Notes: a model not told the origin generated them from the sequence alone. Shown: positions 11,805-24,799, numbered from the stretch's first letter. The stretch is DNA of 64,000 bases from Macrostomum lignano (GCA_002269645.1 NIVC01002775.1:62001-126000), one strand, 5' to 3'. Made by a program: numbers and translations.

Positions 11805-12328
11805 ATTGACTGACTTCTACTGCTTCTAAAAGGAATTCATGCAAAAAGATTATGACACTACTTATTGATATACTCGTAAAATACAAATTGACCAAATTAT
11901 TACAATCAATGTTGTTTCACTAAAGAAAAGATCATGAGCTTCAGGCTTTAGCTTAATACTAAATAATTCATAATTTTCTTGTTTTCAAAGTGCAATATTA
12001 TTTACTATACATACATGTATATAGTTATGCCTAACCTAAATTCTGAAACCAAACAAAAAATAAAATTCTACTCAGACAACTTGTCTATTATATATTTTCT
12101 TAACCCATTTCTTCTCAAAAATCACAAGCACTTTTCATTTGTGTAATGCAAAATAATACATCACTATTGCAACACTATACAAATATGTTTACAGTAGTTT
12201 CTCTGCTTATAATAAAAAATAGACTAGACCATAAACCATACACTAAAAATAGTAACATATTCTAGAAACTTCTCTTAGAATCCCAAGGCTATAAATAGAA
12301 ACACTCCTTACTGTAATAAAACCAAGTC

Positions 12329-12334
<6 letters not shown>

Positions 12335-12408
<74 letters not shown>
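12335..12408. repeat. (CT)n microsatellite, about 37 units
   Basis: Direct inspection. Confidence 0.98.
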
Positions 12409-12410
<2 letters not shown>

Positions 12411-15400
12411 GTAATAAATAGGAAAATATATTGATTGTTGCACAAAATACTTTCACATAAAAATGGACACATGTTTCATACACATATTGGCATATCTTGA
12501 ATTGATTGATAGACAGATTACTACTTTTATACACTACAATGAACAATGATGTATCTTAATATTATATTACAGATAAAGACTTTAGTGAGGGTCACATGAC
12601 TTGCCAATATACCCCATTGGGAAATAATTATACTTTAACTGTGTTAATAGCATATGAAAACAGTCAAAAATAAATGGAAAAATAATTGTTGATTTAGTAA
12701 TAAGAGGGTTTTAATTGATAGTTATGGCACAGTTGTGACATAGTTATAACTAATAGCCATACCAAATGTGCCAAAGGACAGTTAAAAAAAGTTATAAATG
12801 TGCCAATTAGAAAGTAGTGGCACAGCTAGCAAAATTTTAGAATTTGCTAGGACAATTTTTTCTATATAATGCAACTCTACAGATATGAAGACACGAATTT
12901 GAAGATCTAGTTCTATTTATCATTTGCTTTTAATGCTTTAGTCTATCCAAGGTGTACCAGTCAATCTAGTACTAGACAATAGAAGATATGTGTCAACTGA
13001 ATTGTCCCAATAGCCATTATGAACCTCCAAGAATCTTTCTACAGTTAAGACTGCATGTAGTTCAAACATTCACTAAGAAACCAGGCCTTTAAAAATATAG
13101 CTTAAAATTTTTAGTATATGGATTTCTGCAATGTTTCCAATCCTTTAAAAAAATAGCCACTCACACTCCTAGCAAACCGTAAGTTTTTGTTGTTGAAGGA
13201 TCCTAGGAAAAAGCATTTTTTTGCATTTTATCTTACTGAAACAAGTGAATGCAAGAGTTTGCTAAAGTGTTGTCATATTCTTGCTGCAAACTCTTAATTG
13301 GCAATATTTTAGCAGTCCCATCAAAGAAAATTCTAATAGGTATGAAGCTACAGCATAGCAACAGACAACAATCCACTAAGAAGCAACCAAAAAATTGTAA
13401 TTTTGATTTGGACAATCAGTTTGAAAGAACTGAAAAAAATAGTATAAACTGGGTAAATTCCTACAACAATGATACCTTTAATTACAGTGAAAAACTCAAG
13501 AAAAACTACAGATTTGGAATCCAACAAGAATACCTAAGTTTGCCAAATCCTATTGGTTTAATGCATGAATTTCATCAATTGTCACCACTTTGAAGACATC
13601 GAATGTGAATTTGGTAATGAACTAGAAATATAGCACTGATAAGGATATTATTCTCTGATCAAAGTTTGCAAATCAATTTTGCTGCCTAGAAAATCTAAAA
13701 GCAAGCTCTAGTAGCCTTTCAAAAATGTAATAACATAAGTCAATATGACGGTACAGCTTAACAAAATGTGCCCATTAAAATTGTTAAAAATATTATCCTA
13801 TTTCTGAAAATTTAAACATTTTTTGAGATAAAAGTAATATTGTATATTGTTTGCATGTACTTTTTATCAAAGTATCCATGCATCAATTTTGAAAAACTAT
13901 AGGTTTCCCTGATCAAAATTTATACTTTAAGAAAACCATATACATAATATTTATCAACAAAACTGTGTTGTCTTATTGCTGCACAACAAAACGTAGCCTG
14001 GCTTTGATTCCAAATGCAAAACAATGTGAGCAGGGGAAACTTGCTGATATTATTCATAATGAATTTTGGAGTTACAATAATCAATAAGAAATCAGTGAAT
14101 CTTTGCCAAAACTATGACAATTCAAAGGCTATAGAGACATTGGATACATTTAATATCCTAAGAATTTTATGCATTGCAATATATTGGCTTAAACTAGTTG
14201 TGCTAGCAAGATTTTCAAAAGTTTTATCAAAGTTTCAAGTTTTCAAAGTTAAAAAGTTTCAAGAAGTTTTTTTTCAATTTTAACAAGGTTTTTTTTAAAT
14301 GAGTGCTAACTTCAATTTGCTTATTGCTATGACTAGATGATGCATCGATATATTATCTAAAAGCAGTAATAGTTCACAAGGAGATTGCAATTGCTTGTGG
14401 TTATTATGTCTATTACATTTTTATATGCAATGTACATGCTTAATTAATAGATGATTTAGCTATAGATGCCTAGCTACAATAGCATTATTGCACAATAGTA
14501 TCAAGGACTCCGTTATTCTAATATACTCAAACTTACTCTGAGTGAATAGTGAATTCCACTGAGTGCCACTATGATCTAAGTGGCAGAATTAAGAATTTCT
14601 AATGATAGTAGTTTATATTCAAAAACATTGATAAGATAAACTATTGCATTTTCGTGACATTTCTAATATTGAATCATATGCATGCTTATATACCAATAAT
14701 TGTCAATTTTGTACTTAAGCTCTATCTATTAAACATTCTAGAAACTTAGTAAACTACGAGCTATATTGCTTCATTTAGTATATTCATTTAGTATTCATCT
14801 AGAGTAGGCCTTATGCCATATATGCTATATGTGCTTATGCCATATAATGAACAGAAACAGCACCTATTATTATTTTTAAAACAATATTTTACTGGGAACA
14901 AGACATTTTGTCCAAAGACTTTTCATTTGGGTCTCTGTCCAGATAAGAAATTTTTTCCAAAAGGTAGGCCTATAACATTTTGTCTAATGGGCACAATAGG
15001 GCCTATTTTGTCCGAGTTTTAGTCTAATTGATAGAAATGTTTGGGTGAAGGTGCATTCAAGTATATAGCAATGCATTGTAGCAGCCTTGCAGACATGCAG
15101 TAAAACTTTAAGTGCTAAAATTATTTAAAATAGTATATAATGTAACATGCCATTGCCATAATAATAACAAATAAATATGGCTCACAGGCTTCATTAAATA
15201 TAGCATTGCATTAAAACTTCAAGTAGTAAAATGGTAGATGTATTATGCCATGTTAATGCAAATTTTAAACAGGCAATGCATTAGGTTTGATGAATTTTAA
15301 GCTGTCAAGGCTAATTTGTCCTTTTTCAAAAAGTCGCCATTGACGAGTGATGTGCCCCTAGACTCTCTTTGACACTTTACATTGGTATCGCAGCACAACG

Positions 15401-16433
15401 TCCTGGTCTAGAAGCTGGGCAACAAAAAGCCACAAGCTGTTGATAGAGCTAGTGCAACTGTGGCCCCGATTCAACAAGGAGCTGCTGATAGAGCTAATGC
15501 AACTGCGATTATAAATCTTGACTTTTTTTCAAGATCTTGAACCTGAGATTGTGATTGAAAAAGGTGCTACAATCTTAATAATCAAGATCTTGTCCAATCC
15601 CTTCTATTAAAATTTTTTGCCATTATTGACTTTTGCCAAGAACTGATTTGCCAAAATGGGTTAAAAACTCATAGTAATATAGTAGTCTTTAATAGGCCTA
15701 GCCTAACTTTAAAATATAAATTGATTAATGAATTGAACCTCAGTCTTTAATATACAACTTAGGCCTATTATTTAACTAGTTTGTATGCCTAATAATATAT
15801 CATTTTGGCTTTGAGCCTATAGGCCTACTCTATCTAGGCCTACTTAAGGAAGGATTGTCTAACAAAAGAATAGGCCCTATTGAACTGAAAAATCATAGGT
15901 CATCTTCAATCTATTGATTTCACTCTGCATGCATATAACATAGCTATTAGTAACTAGCTAAGTTTCTAAGAATTAATAACTTAGTACAAATTAAAATATA
16001 CAAAGCAGACAATAAATAGGCCTAGCAAGCCAAATTTCTTTTTAAAAGCTACAATCAATTACCAAAGGCAAAGACAAAGTAGTATATTTGCAATTATATT
16101 ACTGCAGATTCCCCATTATACTGAGCTATTCCATTTAAAATCCACTGTGGATTCCGCATTTTACTATGTATATAACTTTGGCCGATCGGTTTTTACCGAC
16201 GTTAAACCGACGTTAAAATGTACATAGAGGGAGTGGGGTGGCTGCACACTGATGACTAGTAGAATGGGGTGGCTGACAGGGAAATCCCCAAGGCCACCAC
16301 AAGGCGCCTACCAATAAAAAGCAAAGCAAACTTAAGCAAATGGCGTGATTCTGAATTGATGACTCACTCGACACTCCTTACCGATCTGTCTCTGCAGTGC
16401 GCAACTACATGCATATACTGTTTGCATTTAAAT

Positions 16434-17400
16434 ACACTGCCGACGTAAACTTTTGCCGACGCTAACTTTTCCCATTCAAAATACATTGCCGACGTAAACT
16501 TTTGTCGACGCTAACTTTTCCCGTTCAAAATACATTGCCGACGTAAACTTTTGCTGACGCTAACTTTTCCCATTCAAAATACATTGCCGACGCTAACTTT
16601 TCCCGTTCAAAATACATTGCCGACGTAAACTTTTGCCGACGCTAACTTTTCGCATTCAAAATACATTGCCGACGTAAAATTTTGCCGACGCAAACTTTTT
16701 CTATAAATTATATATTCTAATACACTGCCGACGTAAACTTTTGCCGACGCTAACTTTTCCCATTCAAAATACATTGCCGACGTAAAATTTTGCCGACGCT
16801 AACTTTTCGCATTCAAAATACATTGCCGACGTAAAATTTTGCCGACGCTAACTTTTTCTATAAATTATATATTCTAATACACTGCCGACGTAAACTTTTG
16901 CTGACGCTAACTTTTCCCATTCAAAATACATTGCCGACGCTAACTTTTCCCGTTCAAAATACATTGCCGACGTAAACTTTTGCCGACGCTAACTTTTCGC
17001 ATTCAAAATACATTGCCGACGTAAACTTTTGCCGACGCAAACTTTTTCTATAAATTATATATTCTAATACACTGCCGACGTAAACTTTTGCCGACGCTAA
17101 CTTTTCCCATTCAAAATACATTGCCGACGCTAACTTTTCCCGTTCAAAATACATTGCCGACGTAAACTTTTGCCGACGCTAACTTTTTCTATAAATTATA
17201 TATTCTAATACATTGCCGACGTAAACTTTTGCCGACGCTAACTTTTCGCATTCAAAATATATTGCCGACGTAAACTTTTGCGGGTGCTAACTTTTTCTAA
17301 AAATTATATATTCTAATACATTGCTGACGTAAACTTTTGCCGACGCTAACTTTTCCCATTCAAAATACATTGCCGACGTAAACTTTTGCCGATGCTAACT
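16434..17400 (+). repeat. 49-bp tandem array of the left foldback arm (TTGCCGACGTAAACTTTTGCCGACGCTAACTTTTCCCATTCAAAATACA)
   Basis: Tandem units with occasional AT-rich insert variants. Confidence 0.92.
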
Positions 17401-18054
17401 TTTTCTTTTTAAATACATTTCCGATGGAAGAAATAGCGACGTTCGCCAGCCGAATTTTGCGAGCCGACGTTCGCCATCCGACGTTTGCCAGCCAACGTTT
17501 GCCAGCCGACGTTTGCCAGCCGGACATTTGCATGCGGCAATGGGTTGAAGAATTATGCCCTCTCTAGGCTTACATGTACTTGCATTTGAAAACTGCGGAC
17601 ATAGCACCAATCTAATGTTGCTATCGCTCCCTTCTACTGCTACTAAATACAGGTCACTAACAAACTACTGCACAATAAAACGCTCTTCGTCTTCTTTTAG
17701 TAGCTAACAGGTACCAAAGCAACCGATGTAACCAAGACTGTCTAAACTACATCAGCAGCACCAAAGCGTGGCATAGCAACGTTTTTCAGCAGCCGACGTT
17801 TGTTAGCAAACATAAAGTCAGTCAGTGAAAAATTTGGTACTGAAATATTCGCAGTTTATAGCGGTTTGGCAAAAACCATTTATAGTCCAACTTTTTGACG
17901 ATTATTCGCCTGCATAAATAAATTTCTAAAACAGAATTTTTATAAAATAATGTCTTTCCTCCTAGACTGATGCGAAGCGGCATGGGGATGGGGAAGTGAA
18001 GGTCCGATTAGAGCTCTCCCGTGGTGTACATGTACATCTTAGAGGGAATTTTTT

Positions 18055-19085
18055 ACTTAGACTTAGCTGCAGGGGGCTCCGTGCATCTGGGGGAGGGGGC
18101 CACGGACCAGTAAAAGAACCGGTCGAGTCAGCCTTGGTCAGGCGATCGGCCAGCTCGTTGTCAGGGTGGCCCGAGTGCCCGGGGATCCACCTTATAGGGA
18201 CACCTTGTTAGATGCGACTAAGCGGTTGAGCTGCCTGATGCAGTCGAGGACTGTACGATAGCAGGTGATGGTGTGCGCTCAAGGGCGTGGATCGCCGCTT
18301 GACCGAGTGGAGGATCATCTCCTTCCCCCAGATGCGCTGATGGCGCAGGAGCTGATGGCAAGAACTTCGGTCTGGAAATCGGTGGAGCAGGTGCCGGTGT
18401 GTTGGGAGAAGGCCACCACAGTTCTCCCTCCAGACACGATGCAAGCCGTAGCCAGAGGCGGAGTTGATTTGGGACCCGTCAGTGAAGCAGTGGATTTCAC
18501 GGGGTTTCCGGTTGTCCCTAGCCTCGGCATGGCGTGGTGGAATGCTGGTTTTGAATTTGAGCGGAGGGCAGAGCGGGGACGGAATTCCGTCCGAGAGGGT
18601 CAGCAGGCTTCCTACTGCTTCCAGGTCTCGCAGGCTGTCACCGTGCGGCGGGAGGTTCCGCTTTTTGAAGGCGAACTGCTTCTGGATGGGGACAACCGCG
18701 TCAAGCAGACGGCGGGTCGGGTTGGTCTTCTTTGCCTGCCCTCTGACAAAGAGGTTAAGGGGGATGTCCAAGAAGGAGTTCATGCCGGCGAAGGGTGTAG
18801 AGGGAGCCGTGCTCATGATAGCTCGACAAGCGCGGCCTTGCACCCTGTTAAGAGCATCGAGAACCCCTTTCACATCTAGGGAACTGTTCCAAATGAAGCC
18901 GGCGAAGGAGATGGCCGGTCTTCACGATGGCAGAGTAAATCCACCAGAGGCGACGGGGTGTGAGGCCCCAGGTAGCGCCAAAAGCTTTGCAGATCTGCGC
19001 GAGAATCGCGAGAGCTTTGCGGGCTTTGGTTTGGACGTGTGGAGTCCAGTTCAACCTGTGGTTGAGAGGGTGATGCCCAGACATC
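18055..19085 (-). mobile_element. Degenerate non-LTR retrotransposon fragment (RT C-terminus + RNase H; R1/LOA-like)
   Basis: FGATWGLTPRRLWWIYSAI, QGRACRAIM, CFTDGS; frameshifts; 3' end CCCCCTGCAGCTAAGTC shared with the other copies. Confidence 0.85.
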
Positions 19086-19714
19086 TGCTTTGTTTCTCCA
19101 TGGCAACGGGTTTGCCATAGAGGGAGAGCGGTTCGATCCTCCAGTTTCGGCGGCTGGTGAACATAATAGCCACGGTTTTAGACTCAGAGAACCTGAGACC
19201 GCAGCTCCAGGTCCAGCCACAGCGGCTATGCCACGCTTTGATGTTGATAGATGTATATGTAGTTCGGACACTTTTGGTTACACCGGTTGCTTTGATACCT
19301 TTTACTGTTTCTAAATGCCTGCGGAGCCAAAAATGAGCGATGAGAACACTGATTCTGAAAAAATGTACATGTACGACTTCAGTCATGTACATGTAGATGT
19401 AGAATTCCCGGCTTTGTCCCCCCACCATAAAATCCATGGCGACGCGGCGCTGGCCAATTCACCAGACCTGGCACCCTCCAACTTTATAATTACATGTAAG
19501 CTGCTCTGTCAACTTTTGCATGTAAATAAGCGGCCGCTCCGCGGGCCCCATTTCGAGTGTAACGAAGAGCTATAAGTCTCTAGGAACCTAACCCCTTGCC
19601 AACCAGTGGCTAGAGAATCAATCGGCAGAGTTCTACACGTACATATGTACACTAGCGACATCCGGGCGCTGCGCGACCGATTTCAAGAAGTGAATTGAAT
19701 GCCAGGGAGGTTGA

Positions 19715-21438
19715 CTTAACTTGATTTAGCTGCAGGGGGCGTCCGGCAGATGCAGCGAGGAGGCGGAGGAGACCGCCCATTCCGCTAGCCCCTGGCAACC
19801 AATGACTTCCATCGAAGTAATGTCTCTCAGGGGGACCCGTCGGTCTCGCCTGCAGCGCGGTCCTTCTCACCGGCGGTGGGGAAGAAATCGGCTCGTCCCG
19901 TGTCCCTGAGGTACCGGGCGAGCAGCGGGATGCTCTCGGGCCTGCAAACGTCGGAGGGAACCGGGTTTGGCCCGAGGTGAGTGAGCCTGGCCCTGGTGAA
20001 AACCGGGCAGTGGCAGATAAAGTGCTCGGTGTTTTCACTGCCTGAGCGGCAGAAGGGGCACCGCTCCTCGGGTACTTGGCCCTGAAGGAAGTGGTGGCGA
20101 GAGAAGCAGCCATGCCCGGAGAGGGCCATGCTGACGGCTCTGAGGTCTCTGCGGTTAAGGGCTCTACGCAGGAGAGGAGACGGGGAGGGGACGGCAGCAC
20201 GGTCTTATCTCAATCTCGATTCGGCAGCACGGTCTCTGCGGTTAAGGGCTCTACGCAGGAGAGGAGACGGGGAGGGGACGGCAGCACGGTCTTATCTCCA
20301 TCTCGATTCGGCAGCACGGTCTCTGCGGTTAAGGGCTCTACGCAGGAGAGGAGACGGGGAGGGGACGGCAGCACGGTCTTATCTCCATCTCGATTCGGCA
20401 GCACGGTCTCTGCGGTTAAGGGCTCTATGCAGGAGAGGAGACGGGGAGGGGACGGCAGCACGGTCTTATCTCCATCTCGATTCGGCAGCACGGTCTCTGC
20501 GGTTAAGGGCTCTATGCAGGAGAGGAGACGGGGAGGGGACGGCAGCACGGTCTTATCTCCATCTCGATTCGGCAGCACGGTCTCTGCGGTTAAGGGCTCT
20601 ACGCAGGAGAGGAGACGGGGAGGGGACGGCAGCACGGTCTTGCCACCTGCGGAGATGCTCGGAATCAGTCCAGCGCTTAACGCGGGAGTTGCTCACCGAG
20701 GCGGGGATGGGGCCCCCCGGCCCAGCCCCAGCAGCGCGCCGGCGGAGCCAGCCTTAGCCAGCAGGTCAGCGCGCTCGTTGCCGAGGAAACCAGCATGGCC
20801 CTTGATCCATCTGAGCTCCACTTGGTTGCCTAGCGCAAGCCCGTTGAGCTAGGTGTTGCAGTCCAGGACAGATTTGGAGCTGGTGGTGCTGCGGTTCGAT
20901 GGGCTGCTTGGCTGTCAGAGTGAAAAATAGATTCCGACAGTGCTGCCTTTGGCGCAGCTCTGCCGCGCAGCAGCTGATGGCAAGCACCTCGCTCTGAAAA
21001 ACACTGGAGTTGAGCCCAGTGTGCTGGGAGTAGCTCCCCACCACTTCACCCTTGAAGAAAACGCAAGCTCCGAAGCCTGAAAGACCATGCCTCATTGAGC
21101 CGTCAGTGTAACAGTGGACTTCAGAATCGCTCCAGCTGTCACTCGCCTCGTGTCGAGGCTGAATAGTGCAGTGACCTTATACCTTTGGCTCAGGATAAGG
21201 GTGGCTGGGATCGAGTCCGTGAGGATGTTGAGCCCGTCACACTCCTCGAGAGTCTTGAGGCAAAGGTCAGAGTGCGGTATAAGCGACCGCTTCTTAAAGG
21301 CCCGCACATTTTTGAAGGCCACCCCAGCATCCAGAAGACGCCAAGTGCTCTTCGCCGCCTCTCCTTTGATATAAATATCCAGAGGAGGGGCACTGAGGAA
21401 GGCATTCATGCCTTCAAAAGGAGTAGAGGGTGGAGGGT
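19715..21438 (-). mobile_element. 5'-truncated RNase H-containing LINE copy, same family as 44553-46100, decayed
   Basis: TPFEGMNAFL, CGACVFFKGEV, FQSEVLAI and CPFCRSGSENTEHFICHCP (Zn knuckle); near-identical to the 44.5-46.1 kb copy. Confidence 0.92.
20140..20640. repeat. 87-bp tandem amplification (about 5.5 copies) of LINE-internal sequence
   Basis: The unit includes GCAGGAGAGGAGACGGGGAGGGGACGGCAGCACGG; the related sequence is single-copy in the 44.5-46.1 kb LINE. Confidence 0.9.
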
Positions 21439-21549
21439 GGTCGCGTACAGTCTGGCCGCCACACAGCTCCCCCCAGCAAAGAGCTAGGCCCCGAACGTCG
21501 GGCGGTAGCCGAAGCAGCGAGATTGCCGAGGAGCAGAGTTGAAGAGGAG

Positions 21550-21775
21550 CGGGCGCCGAAATCAGCCGGGCGCCGAAGGCAGCAGGGGCGCGAGGCGGGC
21601 GCCGAAGGCAGCAGGGCGCCAGGCGGGCGCCGAAGGCAGCAGAGGCGCGAGGCGGGCGCCGAAGGCAGCAGGGGCGCGAGGCGGGCGCCGAAGGCGGCAG
21701 GTCGCCGGGCGGGCGCCAAAGGCAGCAGGGCGCCGGGCGGGCGCCGATTGCAGCAGGGGCGCGAGGCGAATCACA
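21550..21775. repeat. GC-rich degenerate repeat of about 25-30 bp (GGGCGCCGAAGGCAGCAGGGGCGCGAGGC)
   Basis: About 7 imperfect units. Confidence 0.8.
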
Positions 21776-22189
21776 CCCGAGGCAATCGACAGTCAGTTGC
21801 CGCCGTGAGCCGGGTCGATGCTCCTGCACAGAGGCTGGGGACGTTAGGCTAGCAGCAGCAGTGCTAACCTAGAATTAGCTGCAGCGTGTGGCGCTGGTTG
21901 GTCCAACGCGGGGGCCGAAAGGCGAGACCCCAGGAGCTACCGGGGGGGGGGGCGGGCTGACTGGGCCGATTCGTGCTGCGGGGTACTGCCGTGGTTGCTG
22001 TGCTGCGGTGCTGCTGTGCTGCCGTTGCAGTCGGCCAAGGCGGTTGGCTGCCAGGACCGCACAGGGCTGACCAGGTAGGCCCAGCGTTCCGCGCTGGGAG
22101 TCGGGCTCACCAATGAGGCGGAAGGCCTTTTCATTTCAATAGATGGAATGGCAGCGAAAAGTTTTGTGCTGCTTTGCGCATATATTTAT

Positions 22190-22760
22190 ATTTACGCATT
22201 ACGTCTACCTCGGCGGTCTGTTTCCAGACGCTCGCGAGGACCTGCGACGCCACCGCGGGCTTGCCTGGGCTGCCTTTCGTTCTGTGAGGGCAGTCCTAGC
22301 CTGCAGTCCGAGGCCCTACCGGACCGCCAGAGGGCGGCGCTGTTCCAGGCGGTAATCGAGCCCGTCCTGCTCTACAACGCCGAGACCTGGACGCTGACGG
22401 ACTCACTCGAACAGCAAGTCGATGCGGCGCAGGCTGGCCTGCTGCGCGCCGCCTTCAACATCGACGTCGAGCGAGTCAACAACGCGGCACTCTATCGCCG
22501 CGCTGGCCTGCCACGTCCAAGCGATCTACTGCGCCGTCGGCGACTCCAGCTCGCAGGCCATCTCATCCGCGCCGAGTCGTACTGCCCACAGCCGGTGCAG
22601 GAGGTGCTGCTGCTCACGCTGCAGGCACCCTACCGGCGAGGTCAAGCGCGAACTCGGCGTTACGTCGACTGTCTGCTGGCTGACGCCGACGCCCCGGACA
22701 CTTCCGGTGGCGCGGCCTTTGTTCGCGCCCAAAGCCATGAAGCGCGCCCTGTGACGCTAA
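22190..22760 (+). mobile_element. RTE-like non-LTR retrotransposon fragment (post-RT C-terminal region), frameshifted
   Basis: VYLGG..., LFQAVIEPVLLYNAETWTLT, LLRRRRLQLAGHLIR are typical of the RTE/RTE-X ORF2 C-terminus. Confidence 0.75.
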
Positions 22761-23003
22761 CTTTTGCCATCCTGACAACGTATTTTTAGTTGTGTTGTTA
22801 TATTTACACAAACTGCGCGAGATTCATGAGGGGCCTATGGAGGTGCGAACAGGTGGCGTGGCGTGATAGGCTACGCCAACCCCCCTGGCTTAGCGAGCCG
22901 GCTAGCCTGATGCGCAACAACCCCAACTCAGCTAGACAGAGGTTGGGGGGTTTCCAGTGCGGCTGCACTGGTGCTGCCGGTCGCGTACAGTCTGGCCGCC
23001 ACA

Positions 23004-23405
23004 GCAATGTATTTTGAACGGGAAAAGTTAGCGTCGGCAAAAGTTTACGTCGGCAATGTATTTTGAACGGGAAAAGTTAGCGTCGACAAAAGTTTACGTC
23101 GGCAATGTATTTTGAATGGGAAAAGTTAGCGTCGGCAAAAGTTTACGTCGGCAATGTATTTTGAACGGGAAAAGTTAGCGTCGACAAAAGTTTACGTCGG
23201 CAATGTATTTTGAATGGGAAAAGTTAGCGTCGGCAAAAGTTTACGTCGGCAATGTATTTTGAATGGGAAAAGTTAGCGTCGGCAAAAGTTTACGTCGGCA
23301 ATGTATTTTGAACGGGAAAAGTTAGCGTCGGCAAAAGTTTACGTCGGCAATGTATTTTGAATGGGAAAAGTTAGCGTCGGCAAAAGTTTACGTCGGCAGT
23401 GTATT
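23004..23405 (-). repeat. 49-bp tandem array of the right foldback arm (inverse of 16434-17400), about 8 copies
   Basis: Reverse-complement identity to the left array. Confidence 0.92.
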
Positions 23406-24799
23406 TAAATGCAAACAGTATATGCATGTAGTTGCGCACTGCAGAGACAGATCGGTAAGGAGTGTCGAGTGAGTCATCAATTCAGAATCACGCCATTGCT
23501 TAAGTTTGCTTTGCTTTTTATTGGTAGGCGCCTTGTGGTGGCCTTGGGGATTTCCCTGTCAGCCACCCCATTCTACTTGTCATCAGTGTGCAGCCACCCC
23601 ACTCCCTCTATGTACAATTTAACGTCGGTTTAACGTCGGTAAAAACCGATCGGCCAAAGTTATATACATATTTTACTGGGTGCCAGGAACAGGGGTAACT
23701 AGGACCTAGGCCTATTTAGGCCATGTAGTTAAAGACCTATTTATAAAATTTAAATCATTGATTATATACAATACATTCAAATTCATTCTGTTTTAAAATT
23801 TCGAAAATGTATAGTTAACAGTCAAAAACAGACCCGTTCTATCTCGTACTTATTCCTCCCAACGTTCCAATTCCAATACAACTAGGCGTAGTGTAGCATG
23901 CCATAGTGCCAATGGCTGAGTGGAAGAGTGGGTCAATGCCTAGCAAAAAGCTATCCGCAGCCGCAATGAATGCATCATGTACTGTAGACTTTTCACGCGT
24001 TACGCGCACAATAAATTTTTCAAACAAAAAAATTGTTTGAGTTACCCATTTTAACAAAAACTAAGCAAGCAACTTACTCATTTAAGTTTGAATTAAACTT
24101 TTTGCAATACGTACCGTTTCAAGTTACATAAAACTTTATTTTCCACTTTAACGGGTTTAACTGATTTACAGTATGTTCTAGTTCAAAATTGACTACTGTA
24201 ATGATTTGCCGAGAGAAAACTGATAAGGGGTGGCTTTAATCCGTCTAACCCTCACACACCATTTGGTCCATTTCCCCACTTCATTCTTCAATTCAAGTCT
24301 GCCACAGCGTAGCTGAGTTGCGTCACTTGCAGATTGAGAGACTGCCTGCACTCAAAAATCGCAACCATAGACAATAGACGGAATTTTCTGTGATAGCGAC
24401 TTTTCGATGTTGCTAAGTATAAAATCCATAAAATCTATAAAAAGTTCTATCCCCCAATTGTTTGTCACTTTGCCGCTTGGATTGTCACTCAATTGTTTGT
24501 CACTGGATCGTCTTATCACCAGATTAAGCCTAACTGGAAGCCATGCCATGCCAATTGATATAAATAGTCTAGGCCTATTAGGCTTATGACTATGTGACTA
24601 TGTCTATGCTAGGCCTATGTCTGACTTTAAATTTGCCTTGACAGTGGAAGCTGAACAAGCACAGATTTTTGGAATTTTGGTCAAGCCAAGACTTGGTGCT
24701 TATGTCAGTAGTCAAGAAATGTCAGGCAAGTAATCTGCACATTTTTATATAGTAGCATTTCTATAGGCCTAGTCACATTGTCATCGATCATTTTAAATG

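Larger units (their letters stand above)
16166..23669. mobile_element. Foldback-type DNA element with long, internally repetitive terminal inverted arms and an 8-bp TSD (ATTTTACT)
   Basis: 16166-16433 is the near-exact reverse complement of about 23400-23669. Both continue into inverted 49-bp arrays. ATTTTACT lies at 16158-16165 and 23670-23677. No transposase was seen inside. Confidence 0.88.

Noticed and set aside
13233-15022. Short ORFs in the AT-rich region 12.5-16 kb
   Set aside because: No recognisable motifs or consistent splice structure; composition is non-coding.
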